64,000 nt of DNA. Source: Paraspadella gotoi (Eukaryota; Animalia; Chaetognatha). Of the stretch, positions 13,406 to 37,889 are shown piece by piece. The notes beneath the pieces are model-generated. The model saw only the letters and a list, made by a program, of their open reading frames with translations, did not search any database and was not told the origin of the DNA. The DNA is taken from contig CM119267.1 in the NCBI GenBank assembly GCA_051294375.1, forward strand, positions 17,214,606-17,278,605. The letters are read 5' to 3'. The stretch's first letter is position 1. Each line of letters begins with the position of its first letter. Made by a program: the position numbers and the translations under genes.

Positions 13406-16400
13406 ATGGATATAGAAACTAAGATCATCTATCATATAGGTAAGCTTTGCGACGATTACGTTTAGACTCCCAAGCAAGATTCCTTTTTAAATATATTCTC
13501 GATGAAATGTTTTTTTTTTTCCGTTTCGCCGAAGATGACGAGGACACACCGTATTTGGTCAAAGTCGGCGTACCCCCGGATGTGGTGACGCTGGGTGATT
13601 TGAAAAATGTGCTCAACAAACCCGGATACAAATACTTTTTCAAATCGATGGACGATGATTTCGGAATCGTCAAGGAGGAGATCACCGACGACGCCGCCAG
13701 GCTGCCTTTTTTCAACGGCAGAGTCATTAGCTGGTGCGTGGTGAGGGCGTGTCAGGGAATAAATCACGTTAGGGGATATATATATTTCCGACCAGCAACG
13801 AGCTATATAGAATATACTGTATAATTTATTAAAAATTATCTTCCAAGTCTAAAATCGATAGATCCCATCTTCGCCTCCCGACCGGAAACATCCAAGGTCT
13901 TCTTTCTCTTTTTACTTTAGCCACAGCCGTTTCGATCCTCTTGTTTAAACATATGTTTCGTCGATTGATTATCCGAGAATACTTTTTCTCGATACATCTT
14001 CCTCCCTCGACCCCCGCCCCTTCCTCCTCCCCCCCTCTTGTAATGGACTCGCGTTCTCTACTTTAGAACGGACTCCCGAAGAAGAGAAAAGGGCCAAGGT
14101 TGAGACAAGAGAACAGTCGAAAAATAGTCCTGCCTCTTTAACTCTTTTTTTTTTTCTCTCTCTCTCTCTCTTCCTTTTCGTTCTCGTCTTCACCTCATTC
14201 GTAACTCAAGTCGGTCCTCTTCCTCCTCCGTCTCTTCCTCCTCTCCTCCTCCTCGCCTTCTCCAACCAGCTCTGAGTCACCGCTTTCCAACCCTTTTGCT
14301 AATTCTAATCTGTCCTTATCATCTGCCGAGCAATCCATCTGTCCTCATGAATGCAACCTCTCCCTCTCTAATTTTCTTTTCATATTCTTTTCATCATTTC
14401 AGCGTCGCTTCAGTTCAGATCCGGGAACATTTTCTTTCCTAGTTATAATATGTTATTTTTAATTTTTGCCTTTTTGAATTTTTCTGTAAATTCGCAAAAA
14501 TATACATTTTAACGAGCTCATCTTTGTAAGGGAAAAAACCAAATTAAAATAAAACACAGAAGAATAAAAAAAAACCCGAACTGGCTACTTCTTCGGAATC
14601 TGCACGAAACGCTCTTAGTCTTACTAAGAGCAGCTCACCGCCTACGCAATCGCCGTCGTCGTCGTCGTCGTCATTTTTCTGTTCTTAGAGGATTTTTGCT
14701 CCGAGATAAAAATCAGTGAATTTCGAGGGAAAAAATTGAGTCTTTCTTCGCGCACGAATTTTTTTTTCCGGTCGGCAAAAATTTTTTCTTGTTTTCTTCT
14801 ATTTTTTATACCTTTCTGCGTTCCTTTCCACAAACTTTAAATATTTTGCCTACGTCATCCCATCTATTAGTTCTCGATTTTTAAAAAAAAAAATTTTTGC
14901 CCATCATTTTATTATCAGGTTGGTGACGGCTGATGGATCCGACGTTGGTTCCAACGCCTCCGACGCCGTCTCTCAAAAAGGCAGCGACGGTCTCCCTTTT
15001 CGACCCGGAGAGGGAAGACTCGGTCCCGGCGGTGAGAAACGTTCATTCGTAAATAAGTTGTTTTAGAAAGGGAAACTAATTTTGTTTTCCTTTTATTTCT
15101 TTTTAGCCGGAGATGCAGAGACGGAGACAGAGTCGACCATGTCGTCTCGACGAGGTGGTCGACACCCGCACCAACCAAAGCCCAACGCCGTCTCGAGACA
15201 CGAGTTTGGTGAGATTTCTCTTTTCGGGAATTTCTATGAAAATAATTTTATTGTTATTCTGATACTTAATTTTGGTCAGGACCCCGGTTAAACGGACACG
15301 GGCCGCAAGTTGGGAAAACTGGTGCCTTGGGGGCGCGTCACCATCACCACCTTTACCAAGAAACGACAAATTCCAGGTGGAAACATATTTTACCCTTGAT
15401 TGCGCATTCTTTGCTTATTGTCAAGTTTGAGCGTCTCGAACGATCAACTTCACTTTTCAGCATGATGTCGTCTGATTTGGAGACGACGTCGTATTGGGAT
15501 TCCGAAGATGATTTGACCTGCAGCCGATTCTCGGCAACCACCGAAACCACTTCCAGATCCAGGGGCTCCAGATTCAAGAAGGTAATCGCTGGTTCAGAGC
15601 AATGCCCAGTTTTTTTTTCCCTCAAAATTAGTACCAACGATGTTACTTTAATTAAAAAAGCTGTAAGGTTTTCATTACTTCAGAGGAATTATTGATAAAA
15701 TTGTATTATACCAACTGTGTTCCGGTTGTCCTTTATTGCTGTGAAGTAAAAACTTTTTCCGTACGTAATATGAACAGACTTAATGTAGCTGTAAATGATG
15801 GTGTCCGGAAGATGGGAAAGTGTGAGAGAACTTAGGAGTAAGTTGGATACCACGACCTATTTACAATTTTTAATAATCATAAGAAAACCTTTATCTCAAA
15901 GATCTATACAATGAAAGAAACTTGTTCAGTTTTTTACAACATAAGAATTAATTAGTTAATTTTATTTAATTAACTGTTTTTGTTTTTTTTTCTCTTTATT
16001 TTATTATGATTTTTGTTTTCATAGACTTAGTCTATGTATGTTTGTTTGTTGAGGATGACTGTACTGAATCAACCTTGTTGTATTCGAATAAAATCGCATA
16101 TGTTCTGTTTATAGCGTCGTCGAAAGCACAGACTTCCTCCGCCAATGGAACGGGCGTCGTCTTTTTCTTCCATCACCGATTCCACTTTGAGTCTCAACAT
16201 CATCACCGTCACTCTTAACATGGACACCGTCAACTTCCTCGGGATTTCCATCGTGGGACAAAGTAACAAGGTTGGCCACGCGTTTCTCTTCAAGCGTTTA
16301 TTTCGCCGATTCTTATCATTTTCAATCCTACGATTTGTCTCCAGGGTGGTGACGGCGGGATTTACGTGGGGTCCATTATGAAGGGTGGAGCGGTCGCTCA

Positions 16401-18728
16401 AGACGGTCGGATTGAACCCGGTGATATGATTCTTCAAGGTGAGCTAATTGAGTCGAAGGCTTGCTTCTCGACTCTTTTTTTTAATATTTTCTGATGCGAC
16501 TTTTCAGTGAACGAAGTCTCCCTGGAAAACATGTCCAACGACGAAGCTGTAGGGGTTTTGCGAGATGCCGTGCAAAAACCGGGACCCATAAAACTCGTCG
16601 TCGCCAAGTGTTGGGACCCATCGCCCCGAGGTCGCATCTTACTTCTTCCTTACTGCCTTTCTTTCCCGTTTTTATATGGTTTCTGTATTGGTTTAGGTTA
16701 TTTTACTGTTCCGAGACAAGAACCCGTGAGGCCGATTGATCCTTCGGCCTGGGTAGCGCATACGGAGGCAGTAAGGCTTCAGCAGCATTTCGATTATGGT
16801 TCGCTGGGGCCGGTTCCACCGGGTGAGGCTCGTTTTTCTTTAATTAACGATATTTTTTTCAGCGTGTGGTTTTTTTTTTGGCTGGCTTGGTTAATTGCTT
16901 TCATTCTATTCGGCGATTCAGGAGCGCCGATAGGGAATCTAGCCGGCGGCTCCATGATGGGCGTGCCTTTAGGGGTTGGGCCAGGATCCACCGTAGGCGG
17001 CGCCATGCCAATGCCGCGGATGGGACCGGCCGGTGAGCATGATTGCGCTTTTATCTTTGAATTCAACTTTTCGCTTTTCTTTTAAAATCAACTTATATTT
17101 CTTCCTGGACGAAACCTTTCCTCATTTCTCTATTATTTAATCGCTCTCTTTTTATCAGCGGGATGCTTGGCTCCGCCCGGAGTCTACCCACCCCGCCCCG
17201 GGCCCCTCTCCCCGTCGCTGACGGATTTAACTTCGACATCGAGTTCCTTCCATTCGGCGCCGGAAACGGAGCGCGTATACGAAGACCTGAATCTCACCGT
17301 TGGGACGGACATGACGATCGTGGCCAAGGCTATGGCCATGCCGGACTCTGGGTTGGAAATAAGGTCCAGTTTTTTGGTCTTTTGATCGGCCGAAGCGTGA
17401 AAAGTTAATAATTAATTTGATGATTCTATTATCATTGAAGTCAATTTGTCATCTTCCATCCAGGGATCGAATGTGGCTTAAGATCGCGATTCCCAACGCG
17501 TTCATCGGCGCCGATCTTGTCGATTGGCTTTACAACCACGTGACGGGATTCGGCGACCGACGCGACGCCCGGAAATACGCCGCCCAGATGCTCAAGCAGG
17601 GCCTAGTCCGCCACACCGTCAACAAGTCTTCCTTCTCGGAGCAATGCTACTACGCGATGGCGCCGCACGTCCTCGAACTCTGCGGCAATCTCTCTTCGCT
17701 TCACCTTGAGGACAACCTTGACTCCGTGAGCGAGCGTGAAGCCAACTGCGGCGGCGCTCCCTCCAACGCCCATCGTCCCGTCGGCGTTCATCCGGTGATC
17801 TCGGGACCCGGCGGAACGACGCTACCCGTCGCCGCCTACTACCAGGGGCCGCCCTATATGCTCGGCGGGGCAGGCGGAATCCCTTACCAACCGCCACCGA
17901 TGGGCTACACGCCTCTGCCTTACGCGTTGGGGCCTCCAGTTTTTGAAGGAGGAGGCGGCGAGGCGGCCGGAAGCCAAGTCAGCGTCGCTAGTCGAAACTC
18001 GGCCAGCACCAACTCAGTGGACTCCGTGTGCCTAGCGGTCAACGGAAGGAGGGAGTCGAAGACTGAGGCCGGGGATGGTGAGAACTCGGAAAGAATTCCA
18101 TTCTTATTCATTGAATTTGTATTTTTGGATGGAAATTATAAACGATATTTTTATTTATTATTATTAACTAATTATTAATTAATAACTAATTATTAACTAA
18201 TTATTATTAACTAATTAAGATATTATTGTTATATCTGCTAATTGTTAAAGATCCGCTTCAAGAATTTCTTTTGACTTAACAGGCGCGCGATTTCCCCAAA
18301 AATTGACGCCGACAGCGCCGACGCGTGATTTTCTTGACGATGCCGCCGGAGCCACGACGACGCAGCCTCACGCTCAGCATTACCACGTTCCTTTCGACGC
18401 CGCCACTCCGTCGCCGGGCGGCGGGAGCGGCGTCACTCCCACCGATTATCACCAAGCCCCTCTCCACGCTATCCACGCTCTCAAGGCTAACGTGCCCCCC
18501 GCTCCTCGTCCTCCCACTGGGGGTGGGGTGGGTGAATCGGCGTCGTCTCCGTCGTCTCCCTCGCCCCCGCCCTCTGTTCCCGGGTCATCCGCTTCGGGGC
18601 AATGTCGATTCGCCCCTCAGCCGCCGCTGCCCCCGCTGCCGCCACAAAAATCCGGGGGCGTCATTTCGCCCTCAGGGGCCGCCGGTCCGCCTTCCTACAA
18701 CGACGTTGTCGCTTCGACCTCAGCGTGA
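13406..18728 (+). CDS. DVL: Dishevelled (DIX-PDZ-DEP)
   Basis: [11 protein letters not shown]|[10 protein letters not shown]...[19 protein letters not shown] (DIX); [14 protein letters not shown]...[28 protein letters not shown] (PDZ); [22 protein letters not shown]...FSEQCYY (DEP). Confidence 0.97.
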
Positions 18729-20106
18729 CGAGCCCGAAAGATTGGAAAGAGAATATCGTGCGATCGGGAAGAAAACGAGTCCAAGTTCTGGACGTACTAT
18801 GTTGGCCAATGCTTCGAGGCCTAATCTTTGTTCCATCAGTTCGTTATAAATCTTCAGCTAAACGTTTGGAGCAGAGATCGGATAATCTCGATCTAATGTG
18901 ATAAGATAAATGTTATGGGTCGGTATTAAATTATAGTAATAGTATAACTATACCTAGTCTATGAATAATTGAATATCCTGATCGAATCACCTGGACCTTT
19001 TGCCTATGTCAGATGGGAAAAACGTTTGATTTTAAATCTATCCAGTTTGTATTCAATTAAGTCGTTTTAATGCGATTACCCTTATTAAATTTACTACCGT
19101 TTTTTTACTGAAGACGTTATTTATTGTTGCAATATTAATGTCGAGACAAATAAGTAATAATTATAAACTAGAATAAAGATTCAATCGAAAAATTTTGAGT
19201 GAAATTCGCTCTAAAACATTATTTATATTCCCCGATTTTTAGTATTAAGGTGCAGTGGGTGCGCCCTAGTCCTTGGACTAGTAAAAACGTCTGAATACAA
19301 ATTAAACATTGTAATCCGTTTATCTGGTCTGCATTTCTAGTCCGATACATATATTTTTTTCTTTTTTAGGCGTTCTTTGAAACGTCCACTCTTGCATTAT
19401 TTTAAAAATTCTTGTAACTTGCGTTGTATTGAGATAGTTTAGCTTTTTTGTTTTGCATGAAAAGGCAACTTCATTTCCAAATGTTAAGCTTAGTAGGGAT
19501 TACGAATTAAACGCTTTAAATTAAAATAGCAGAAATTTCACGAAAATGAATTGATTCACGCTTTTCTTTCGTGTATTAATGAAGCTATCTGGATATTATT
19601 ACGAGTATTCTATCCTCACCCACTGCGGAGGGAAAAATAAAAATGATGACATGATACAAGCTAAATAGGTATTGTTATAATTTATCTCGGATCGCTTGAT
19701 CTTCGACAAAAAGGTGTTACGATAGCCGTTTTGTAATTAATTTCGGTCTTTCAATTTTATTTTTCTTTGCAATTAATTGTTTTGTTAATGTTTTGTGGTT
19801 TATTTCCCCCAATCAAAAGCTATTTTGAAAATATGGCACGATTTTTGAAACTTGGCATCGAAAAAAAACGAGGCATAAAACTTAATCTACATCTTGAGTT
19901 TTAATATTGATTTACGACTGAGGAACTATTGAATTCGCATCTTTACCAAAATGACTTTCACTTTGCCATAAACCCGCCCGAGATAATTACTACACCATGA
20001 AAAAACATATGAAAATAAAGTATCCCGCATAATCCAACAATAATTAGGGATGCCTTAGTCGATAATTTCAACAGAAGATCAGCATAAACAACGAACTAAG
20101 CGGAGA

Positions 20107-30094
<9,988 letters not shown>

Positions 30095-31582
30095 GAGATG
30101 GGTCGATCGCGACCACGAATTCCCGCCTATTCGAGTTTTTGTCCGAAACGAAAGAGCCAAAAGTTACTTTAGTAAAAGATCGGCATTCGGCGCTTAGGTT
30201 TTGCGGTCGCTGAGACGACGAATATGACGGCGACGATGAATGACGGCGACGAAAAAAAAGGAAAAAGATTCATCCTCAATTCCCACCTGAAATTTGTTTT
30301 TTTTTTACATGTGACTTTTTGTTTTTTGTCTTCCACTCGGGTCATTTATGTGGTAACTCTTGTGTGTAAATAGGTCCGAATCAGTGAAAGAAAATCTTCT
30401 AAGAAATCTTCTCATCATTAAATTAGGATAACCGCAAGCTTATGTTAACATATATCAACTCTAATTCCCCTAATAAATATTGCAGCCATTTTAGTTCCCG
30501 TACTTGAAAACAAATTTGTTAAGCTTGATAACCGGAAACTAGTAGACAACTCAAAATAACTGTTTTACTAATATTCTCTCTACCGAAACATTCCTTTAAT
30601 AATTAGCCCAAAGGTCTTTTAAAAATATTCGCTCGTTTTTTATAATCGTAGTTGATAAAAAACGAAAAAAGAAATAGAACAGTGCAGCTCTGCTACCGTA
30701 GATATTTTTACAGTGAATAAATTGTCGGTAATACGCGGTTTCTCGCTTTAAGGTTTTTAAAAATCTAACCCTCATTGACATAATTCAAATTAGTAAATAT
30801 TTTGGCTCAATACTTACCACCGAAGACCGTGCCGTGCTATACGAAATGAACAGAATGTATCCCTGTGTTGTCTTTCCCTTCAATTTATCTCAAAATATTT
30901 ATACTTCATTATATGTATACCTCTTTCAACGCAAAATAACTCCGTTAGGGATGTAGGTCTTTTAGCGACAAAATATAAGATGTTAAATTCTTAAAATATA
31001 AATTATTATGATAAGGCAGAACATTCAACTTCAAGTTTTAAGAACTTTTTTAAAGCTGTGTATAGTAGTTACAGGTAATGGTGGCTGCTAAAGAATCAAA
31101 AGTTATTACATTAGCTACGCGCGCTAAATGCTTACCAGTTATTTCGCTAATGTAAACTTAAAAAGCAATAAGACTTTACATATCCACAAGTGTCAATAAA
31201 GCTACAAAACATATGTAGTGCACCGAACCAATTTTTGTACCTGTTAGATTAGTCTACAGTTGAACCAATTTATTAATATTATTTGCTCTATATTTTACAT
31301 GCTCCTTGTGTGTCATAAAGGTAACGGCTAAGAATGAAAATGAAATGAAACTTCCGATGATATGGTGATCTTGTATTGTCTGTTTTCTATTTATCCAGCG
31401 TATTTAATGACGATTAAAAAAAAATTCCTAGTTATTATGAATCACTGTCCGTAATGCCTTTGTAAGTAAATTTTTCGCTTTTTTTGATTTGATTTAGATT
31501 AAAACATTTGAACATCAATGGCGGGTACAAAGGTTTGGATAAAAATTGAACGTTGATAAAGCTTTTCTCGGCAAATTTTGGG

Positions 31583-34500
31583 ATGTCAGAGGAAGCGGTT
31601 AGTAGGCAGCCCGAGTCAGAATGGCGCCTTACATGCGACGAAGCCACTGGACATTTTAAACCGCAAACCCTTGCCGATTCTTTGGAACTTGAGATGGACG
31701 ATATTCCGTTGGACACTCCGGCTGAGAGGCTGGCACCGGTTCGTCAATATATTTAAAAATATGTATTTATGGACTGTTCTTTGAACTTAATTGCTTACTT
31801 TCCTGGCAGGTCGGCGCTGCTGCTGAACATGATGACGACGATGATGACGATAACAATGACGACGAAGACGACGATATCTCCATCTTCAAGAGTCACTTTG
31901 GTCGGCAAAATTCTTTCGACGACCTCGCCAGGGAGAGGCTTCATAATCTTGAAGGTAAAACAAGATCCAGCCTACGACCACGATCCATTAAGCCTTTTTC
32001 TTCCTTTCTCATGGATCTCTGAAAACACGTGATTTTTTTTCACCATAATTCTTTTTTCCCCTGACGAAATTTACTTTCTAATTTCACGGAACAGTCTCCA
32101 AAAATATGGAGTCAGGACTCTAACTGTCGCACATTTACGAATTTTATCTCGTTTCCTTTTTGTGTTATCAATTATTTATGTATTTAATCATCCCTTTTTT
32201 TTTCCTGCCGTTTATGTTAAACAGAGGAACAGGAGCAGCTTAACGCCTCCCTCCTGGCGTTGACAACTCATTTCGCGCAAGTCCAGTTCAAACTGACTCA
32301 AGTCACTCAGGCGCCGGCGCAGGACAAGGAGGATCTCCTCAAACAGGTTCGGAGAAAAATCATCGCGTTAAACGCGCAGCAGGATGATAAATTTTTTTCT
32401 TCAAATGAATGAATTCAACAGTTAGAAGACTTTGCCTTCCGCGGATGTCCCGACCTTCGCGCCTATCAAACCGGAAGCAGCTTTAAAACGCCCTCTATCA
32501 GCGACGGAAAACTCTCCTCCGCCTCCATGATTTCGGAAAGGTTGGGTTCCTGGCTCTTTTACGTTCAGTTTTTCCTTTCGGTTTCGTAACATCATGTGTT
32601 TCCTGTTTTATTTAGCTCTTCTCGCGGACGCCAACCAAGCGGCGGCGGCGGCTTTAGATTCGGCGATGGGATCGAGGAAGATCACGAAAAAATAATTCAA
32701 ATGCAGCGAGAAAAGCAGCAGGAACTCATTTTGCAGCTCAAGGTGAAACTAATGGATAAAGAGTTACTTTCGATAAAAATAAAAACACAAATTCTTTACT
32801 AAAAAGTCATTGTATTCGATAGTAGTTCTTTTTTTATTACTCATCCCCGAGCATTTCCTTTTGTGTTAACGCAGCAACAATTGGAGGAATTGGAATCGTA
32901 CGCTTACGAGTGCGGCGCCGACATAACACCCCACACGCTGCTCGTCGAAAAACAAAAGATCATCATCGACGAGTTGAGGTCAAAGGTCAATCTCGACCTC
33001 AACGACATGAATAGGATGTCGACGGAGGAACTCAAGGGGAAGGTCGACAACGCCATCTGTCAGGTGATCGGGGGCGAGGATAAGATTCTTTCTTGTCTTG
33101 GAGGCGATGATAAGCGAATTTATATCGAGTTTCTGTTTTCTTTACTGTACTACTTGAAATGTTAAACGCGCTTGTTCCTTAGATAACGCAACCGGCAAAG
33201 GCGAGGGAACAACTGGTGAATCAGTTGAAGACTCAGATCGTCGACTTGGAGAGATTTATCGAGTATTTGCAGCGGGAAGGCCTCGAGACGGAAGCCTTGA
33301 CCAAACGTGAGTGCCTCTGCGCGACATTGTAAAGAATGCTTGTTGCTTAGCGACCCGTGTTGTTAAATCAATCTCCATTTGAACTTGCAAACTTTAATTG
33401 TATTTTCCAGAACTGGATTTTCCTTCGTCTCAACTACTCAATCACGGCTGCACCTGTAATTGCCCCATGCACGGGCGGGGAAAACGCGCGGGTTGGTTTT
33501 CTACTTGGATTCGAATGTTGCATTCGTCCTCGTCAGATGATCGAATTTTCTTCGTTTATTCATTCTCAGTTGGCGACGGTCAATCCGACGGGGAGAGCGA
33601 GCAAAAACGGACCGCGGAGGCCGAGCGTCGAGCGGCGTCGCGGCGGGCGGGGACTTCGCCGTCCTCGACCTCGCCCTCGAAGAGAAAAGACAAGAAGACG
33701 AATCCACGAAGAGGCGATCCCGAGACGAGAGAGGACGCGAGGAAAAGAACTCTCTTGGCAGCGAGGAGAACCTTACAGGTTGGCTTTTTTGCGGCTCCTT
33801 TATTTAGACCCAAGTCGGATTTGGCTTTTGGATTTTTTGTTATAACCTTTATAATTATATTTCATTGTCAGATGCTTCAGATGTTTACCGTCGCGCAATT
33901 AGGATGCGGTACAGGTAGATTTTTTCACAAATATATTATTTATCAATGATATTCATTAGTCAAAATACATTCTTAATGTTGTTCGTTTCAGGAACGGCGG
34001 CAGATATCCGAGCATCTAAAACCGCCCCTTCTTCGCGAGGAGAGAATCTGACTCCTATGATTATGAGACTGTCCAAAGTTGTGGAACAAATTATCGATGC
34101 GATGTCTCTCGGTAATAATTCCTTAGAATTAACCGTACCAGATAAGTCCAGAATCACACTTTGGGTGCAGTGTTTTGATCTCAAGTCTTATTATTACTCC
34201 AGGTCGGCCTCGTCAGAATTCCAAATCTGAAGAAATGGCGGAGCCTGTCTCAACCGCTTCGCCTGATCGTGGATCGGAACTCGTCATTAATCTCGTTCGC
34301 CGCGAATTCTTTCGTTCGCTTGTTGAAATTCTTCAACACGGGCTCATTGATGGCCCTCAAACAAAAGGTACTACGTAGTTCCCAAAATTCATTTTGAAAT
34401 TGCGCTTGATGTCTTGCGTGTCTTGTCTGTTAAATACGACATATAAGGAATGGATGCCTATTTCCTGTCCAGCCGCGTCGAGTATGCCGTCAAACTCCAA

Positions 34501-37500
34501 GTCTACCATTCCTTGGTCCTTATGGGGCTGCCTCTCGATATCTGGATCTGGGTTGTACTATTCCTCCAGTTCCAGTAAGTTCTAATATGTATGTGGTTTC
34601 CATTTTTTATATCACACTAATAGTCTCAAGTTTCCTCATGAAAGATTATTAATGTATTTTTTTTAGGACTACCGAAGGATGGAGTCGATTCGCATCCAAC
34701 TCCCCTCAGTTTTCATCCTTGGTTATTGTTCGTTAAATACTACGAACTTAAGGTAGTTGTTATGAAGAAAGTAATGCATCATGAAAAATTCATGATTTTT
34801 CTTATGGGGGGTAAGTTTTAAGTCCGAACCCTGTATACAATGTATTCATATATATTAGACACATTTAAATCCGATTCTTTTTAAGATAGAAATCTCAGGA
34901 AAACGCCATTCTTTTCCTTTTTTTCCGTTCTATCTGAATATATGACTTTTTGTTAGACTTTTTAAAATTCTTGGCCTCCCCAGGAGCGCCAAAAGTGCCA
35001 CGAGCGTCAAAAATCACAAATATTCGTAGATTTTTTGACAAGTTCTATTTAAATTTAATTTTTTAATATAATTAGTTCATTCCTGACTAGAATATTGCAT
35101 TGCAAGTTAGTTAATATATTATAAAAATAGTTTTAGGTGCTTATTTGTTTGAAAACTATTTTTACAAACCGGAAGTCACCAAAACAGCAAAAAAATTTGT
35201 TCCAAAGATACAACTAATTTTATAAATTTGCTAGATATGTTATATGTTCTTTTTTATTATTTATTTCAAAAGTATAATTTAAATATTTTATTTAATTATT
35301 AGATATTGTTTAATTATGCAGACGCACAAGCCTTTTTACCTTAACTTTGACGTTTAAAATGGCTGATGAACTTTCATTGTATTTTATGTCAGATACCTAA
35401 ATCAATAATACCAATATATATTGTTATAATAGAGAAATATGGTCTAAAGACATTACAAAAAAAAAATTAAATGTAATCGTTGTTGTAAAAGACTTCATCT
35501 TTATTTCAAAACTCAATTTAAAAACCCAAAAAAAAAAAAAATATGCAAAGACAAACAATGAAAAAAAAGAGAAACAAAAAGTCAATCTCTTGAACCTTCT
35601 CTAAAATTGTGGTGTGGATGATCCCGACCACCACGGTCGCACAATGACTCCCCCGTCTCTACTCGCCGAGGCAGAGGGAGACCTCTGGAAAAGCAATAAG
35701 CAACCAATGCCCTCTAATCACCTGTAGCAACCAAATTTTAAAATCAGCATGGACAGGCCCTGGCCTACCTTACCTGAAAAGAGGGCAACTGGCAGGTATT
35801 TAAAGTCAAATTGAGTCGCACTAGATCTGTTCCTCACGGAAACATTACCTGACCCAGTGACCCACATATAACAGTTTAGTCGGTAAAGAAACTGAGGTTG
35901 ACTTGACCCTCTCATGACCCATTCTTATCGGTACTACCTTTTATTTGTCCACGTAGGGGTGGCTATCTTTATGTTGAGCTCTCTTTATTAATTTTATGTC
36001 TTATTATTTCCCTTCTATCTCTTATCTATTCTTATCTATCCTTTTATTTTTAATACAAAAATTTTTTGTATTAAATGAAATTGATTTAGTTAATGTTAGT
36101 TACTATTACAGTTTTTATAATTTTTTCAAGTTAATATTTTCTACATTTATATTTAATAAAATAGTTCTATTTTAAACAATTAACTGAACCTAAACATTCT
36201 TTTTCCTTCATTTCCTATTCACTCTCTCTCAATCTCAGTATTCCTGATAGTAATATACATCTTGAGATAAAAAGCTGCCTGTCCCAGAAATCAGGAATCC
36301 AGTATATCAAAAGTGACATATAGATAGAGCAATAAAAAATGAATCAAATGGTGGTCACCTATGATTTGTAGCTTTAAAGCTAGTTAAGAAAAATGTGTTT
36401 ATTGTCCGTGCTGATTTTAAATGAGGACTTGAGCTTTCCCCTTTATTCATCTGAAGCTGTCATTTGGGTTGACAACTTCTCTGAGGAGAGTCATAGTTGC
36501 GACAGGTGATTAGAGGGCATTGGTTGCTTATTGCCTTTCCAGAGGTCTCCCTCTGTCTCAGCGAGCGGAGACGGGGGAGTCATTGTGCGGCCATGGTGGT
36601 TGGGATCATCCACCACCATGATTTAGGGAAGGTTCAAAGGTTCAAGAGATTTACTTTTTCTTTATTCACTTTTTTATTTTTTTTGTTTTTAAATTGAGTT
36701 TGAAATAAAGATGAAGATGAACAACGATTACATTTAATGTTTTTTTTATAATGTCTTTACACCATATTTCTCTATTATAACAATATATATTGGTATTATT
36801 GATTTAGGTATCTGACATAAAATACAATGAAAGTTCATCAGCCATTTTAAACATCAAAGTTAAAGTAAAAAAGCTTGCGCGTCTGCATAATTAAACAATA
36901 TCTAATAACTAAATAAAATATTTAAATTATACTTTGAAATAAATGATAAAAAGAACATGTAACATATCTAACGAATTTATAAAAGTAGTTCGTAGCTTTA
37001 GAACTAATTTTTTGCTGTTTTTGATAACCTCCGGTTTGTAAAAATAGTTTTCAAACATAATAAGCACCTAAAACTATTTTTTAATATATTAACTAACTTG
37101 CAATGCAATATTCTAGTCAGGAATGAACTAATTATATTAGAAAATTAAATTTAAATAGAACTTGTTCAAGAAATCTACGAATATATGTGAATTTTGATGC
37201 TCGTGGCACTTTGGCGCTCCTGGGAAGGCCAAGAATTTTAAAAAGTCTAACAAAAGTCATATATTCAGATAGAACGGGAAAAAAGGAAAAGAATGTCGTT
37301 TTCCTGAGATTTCTATCTCAAAAAGAATCGGATTTAAATGTGTCTAATATATATACACTTTTTAAGGGCGGAAAAGAGTACAACGAATCCCCAGCTCGAA
37401 AACTTAGCGACTCTTACGGATTGGACATTGTCGCTGGTCATTCCATCACCGCGAAACATATTCTCCTATCGGGTAAGGTGGCGATGACAACTGTAAGAAA

Positions 37501-37889
37501 AGCGAAACTATCTTTAACTATCTCCAATTCGATTCTTTTTTCAGCAATCCACCAAATTTTGTCGACTCACGCGCCTTTGAAACGAAGTTTGGACTCTCAG
37601 TTCAAGGCCTTCATCTGCTTGGCGTTAAATCAAAAGGTGAGCATTTCTGAGTCTTTCTTTGAATGAGTTTAAAACTTTCTTCAATAATTGACAGAAATTG
37701 ACGTCTTGGATTCGCCTGGTGATGCGGACTCCTCAAATCGTGGACAAGCACTTCGCTGCTTGGAGCTTTATGCTTAAAACCGAGGGCGCGGAACTTTACA
37801 AAAACCTGGACAAATTGAAACCCTTGGACTTCAATCTTCCGGTCGATTTGGCCGTTAGATCTTTCCACAACATCATGGACGCCTTTTAA
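31583..37889 (+). CDS. RUNDC1: RUN domain-containing protein 1
   Basis: ERLAP|VGA, EQEQLNASLLALTTHFAQVQFKL, QLKTQIVDLERFIEYLQ, HPWLLFVKYYELK|GGKEYNESPARKLS, DSQFKAFICLALNQ, LKPLDFNLPVDLAVR...DAF*. Confidence 0.93.
34848..37354. mobile_element. Foldback-type element: ~870-bp inverted arms with ~760-bp spacer, non-coding
   Basis: 34848-35731 is the reverse complement, with scattered mismatches, of 36496-37354 (e.g. atatattagacacatttaaatccgattc vs gaatcggatttaaatgtgtctaatatat). Both ends lie in TA-rich sequence. It sits in RUNDC1 intron 34753-37366. Confidence 0.85.

Noticed and set aside
13735-14918. Nested gene in the long second Dishevelled intron
   Set aside because: I could not build a spliced ORF on either strand. 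There is only CT-rich sequence and one 9-bp hairpin (~14611-14631); an alternative promoter is possible but unsupported.
35732-36495. Transposase in the foldback spacer
   Set aside because: Only a 65-codon ORF with no DDE or HTH features; the spacer is largely AT-rich.
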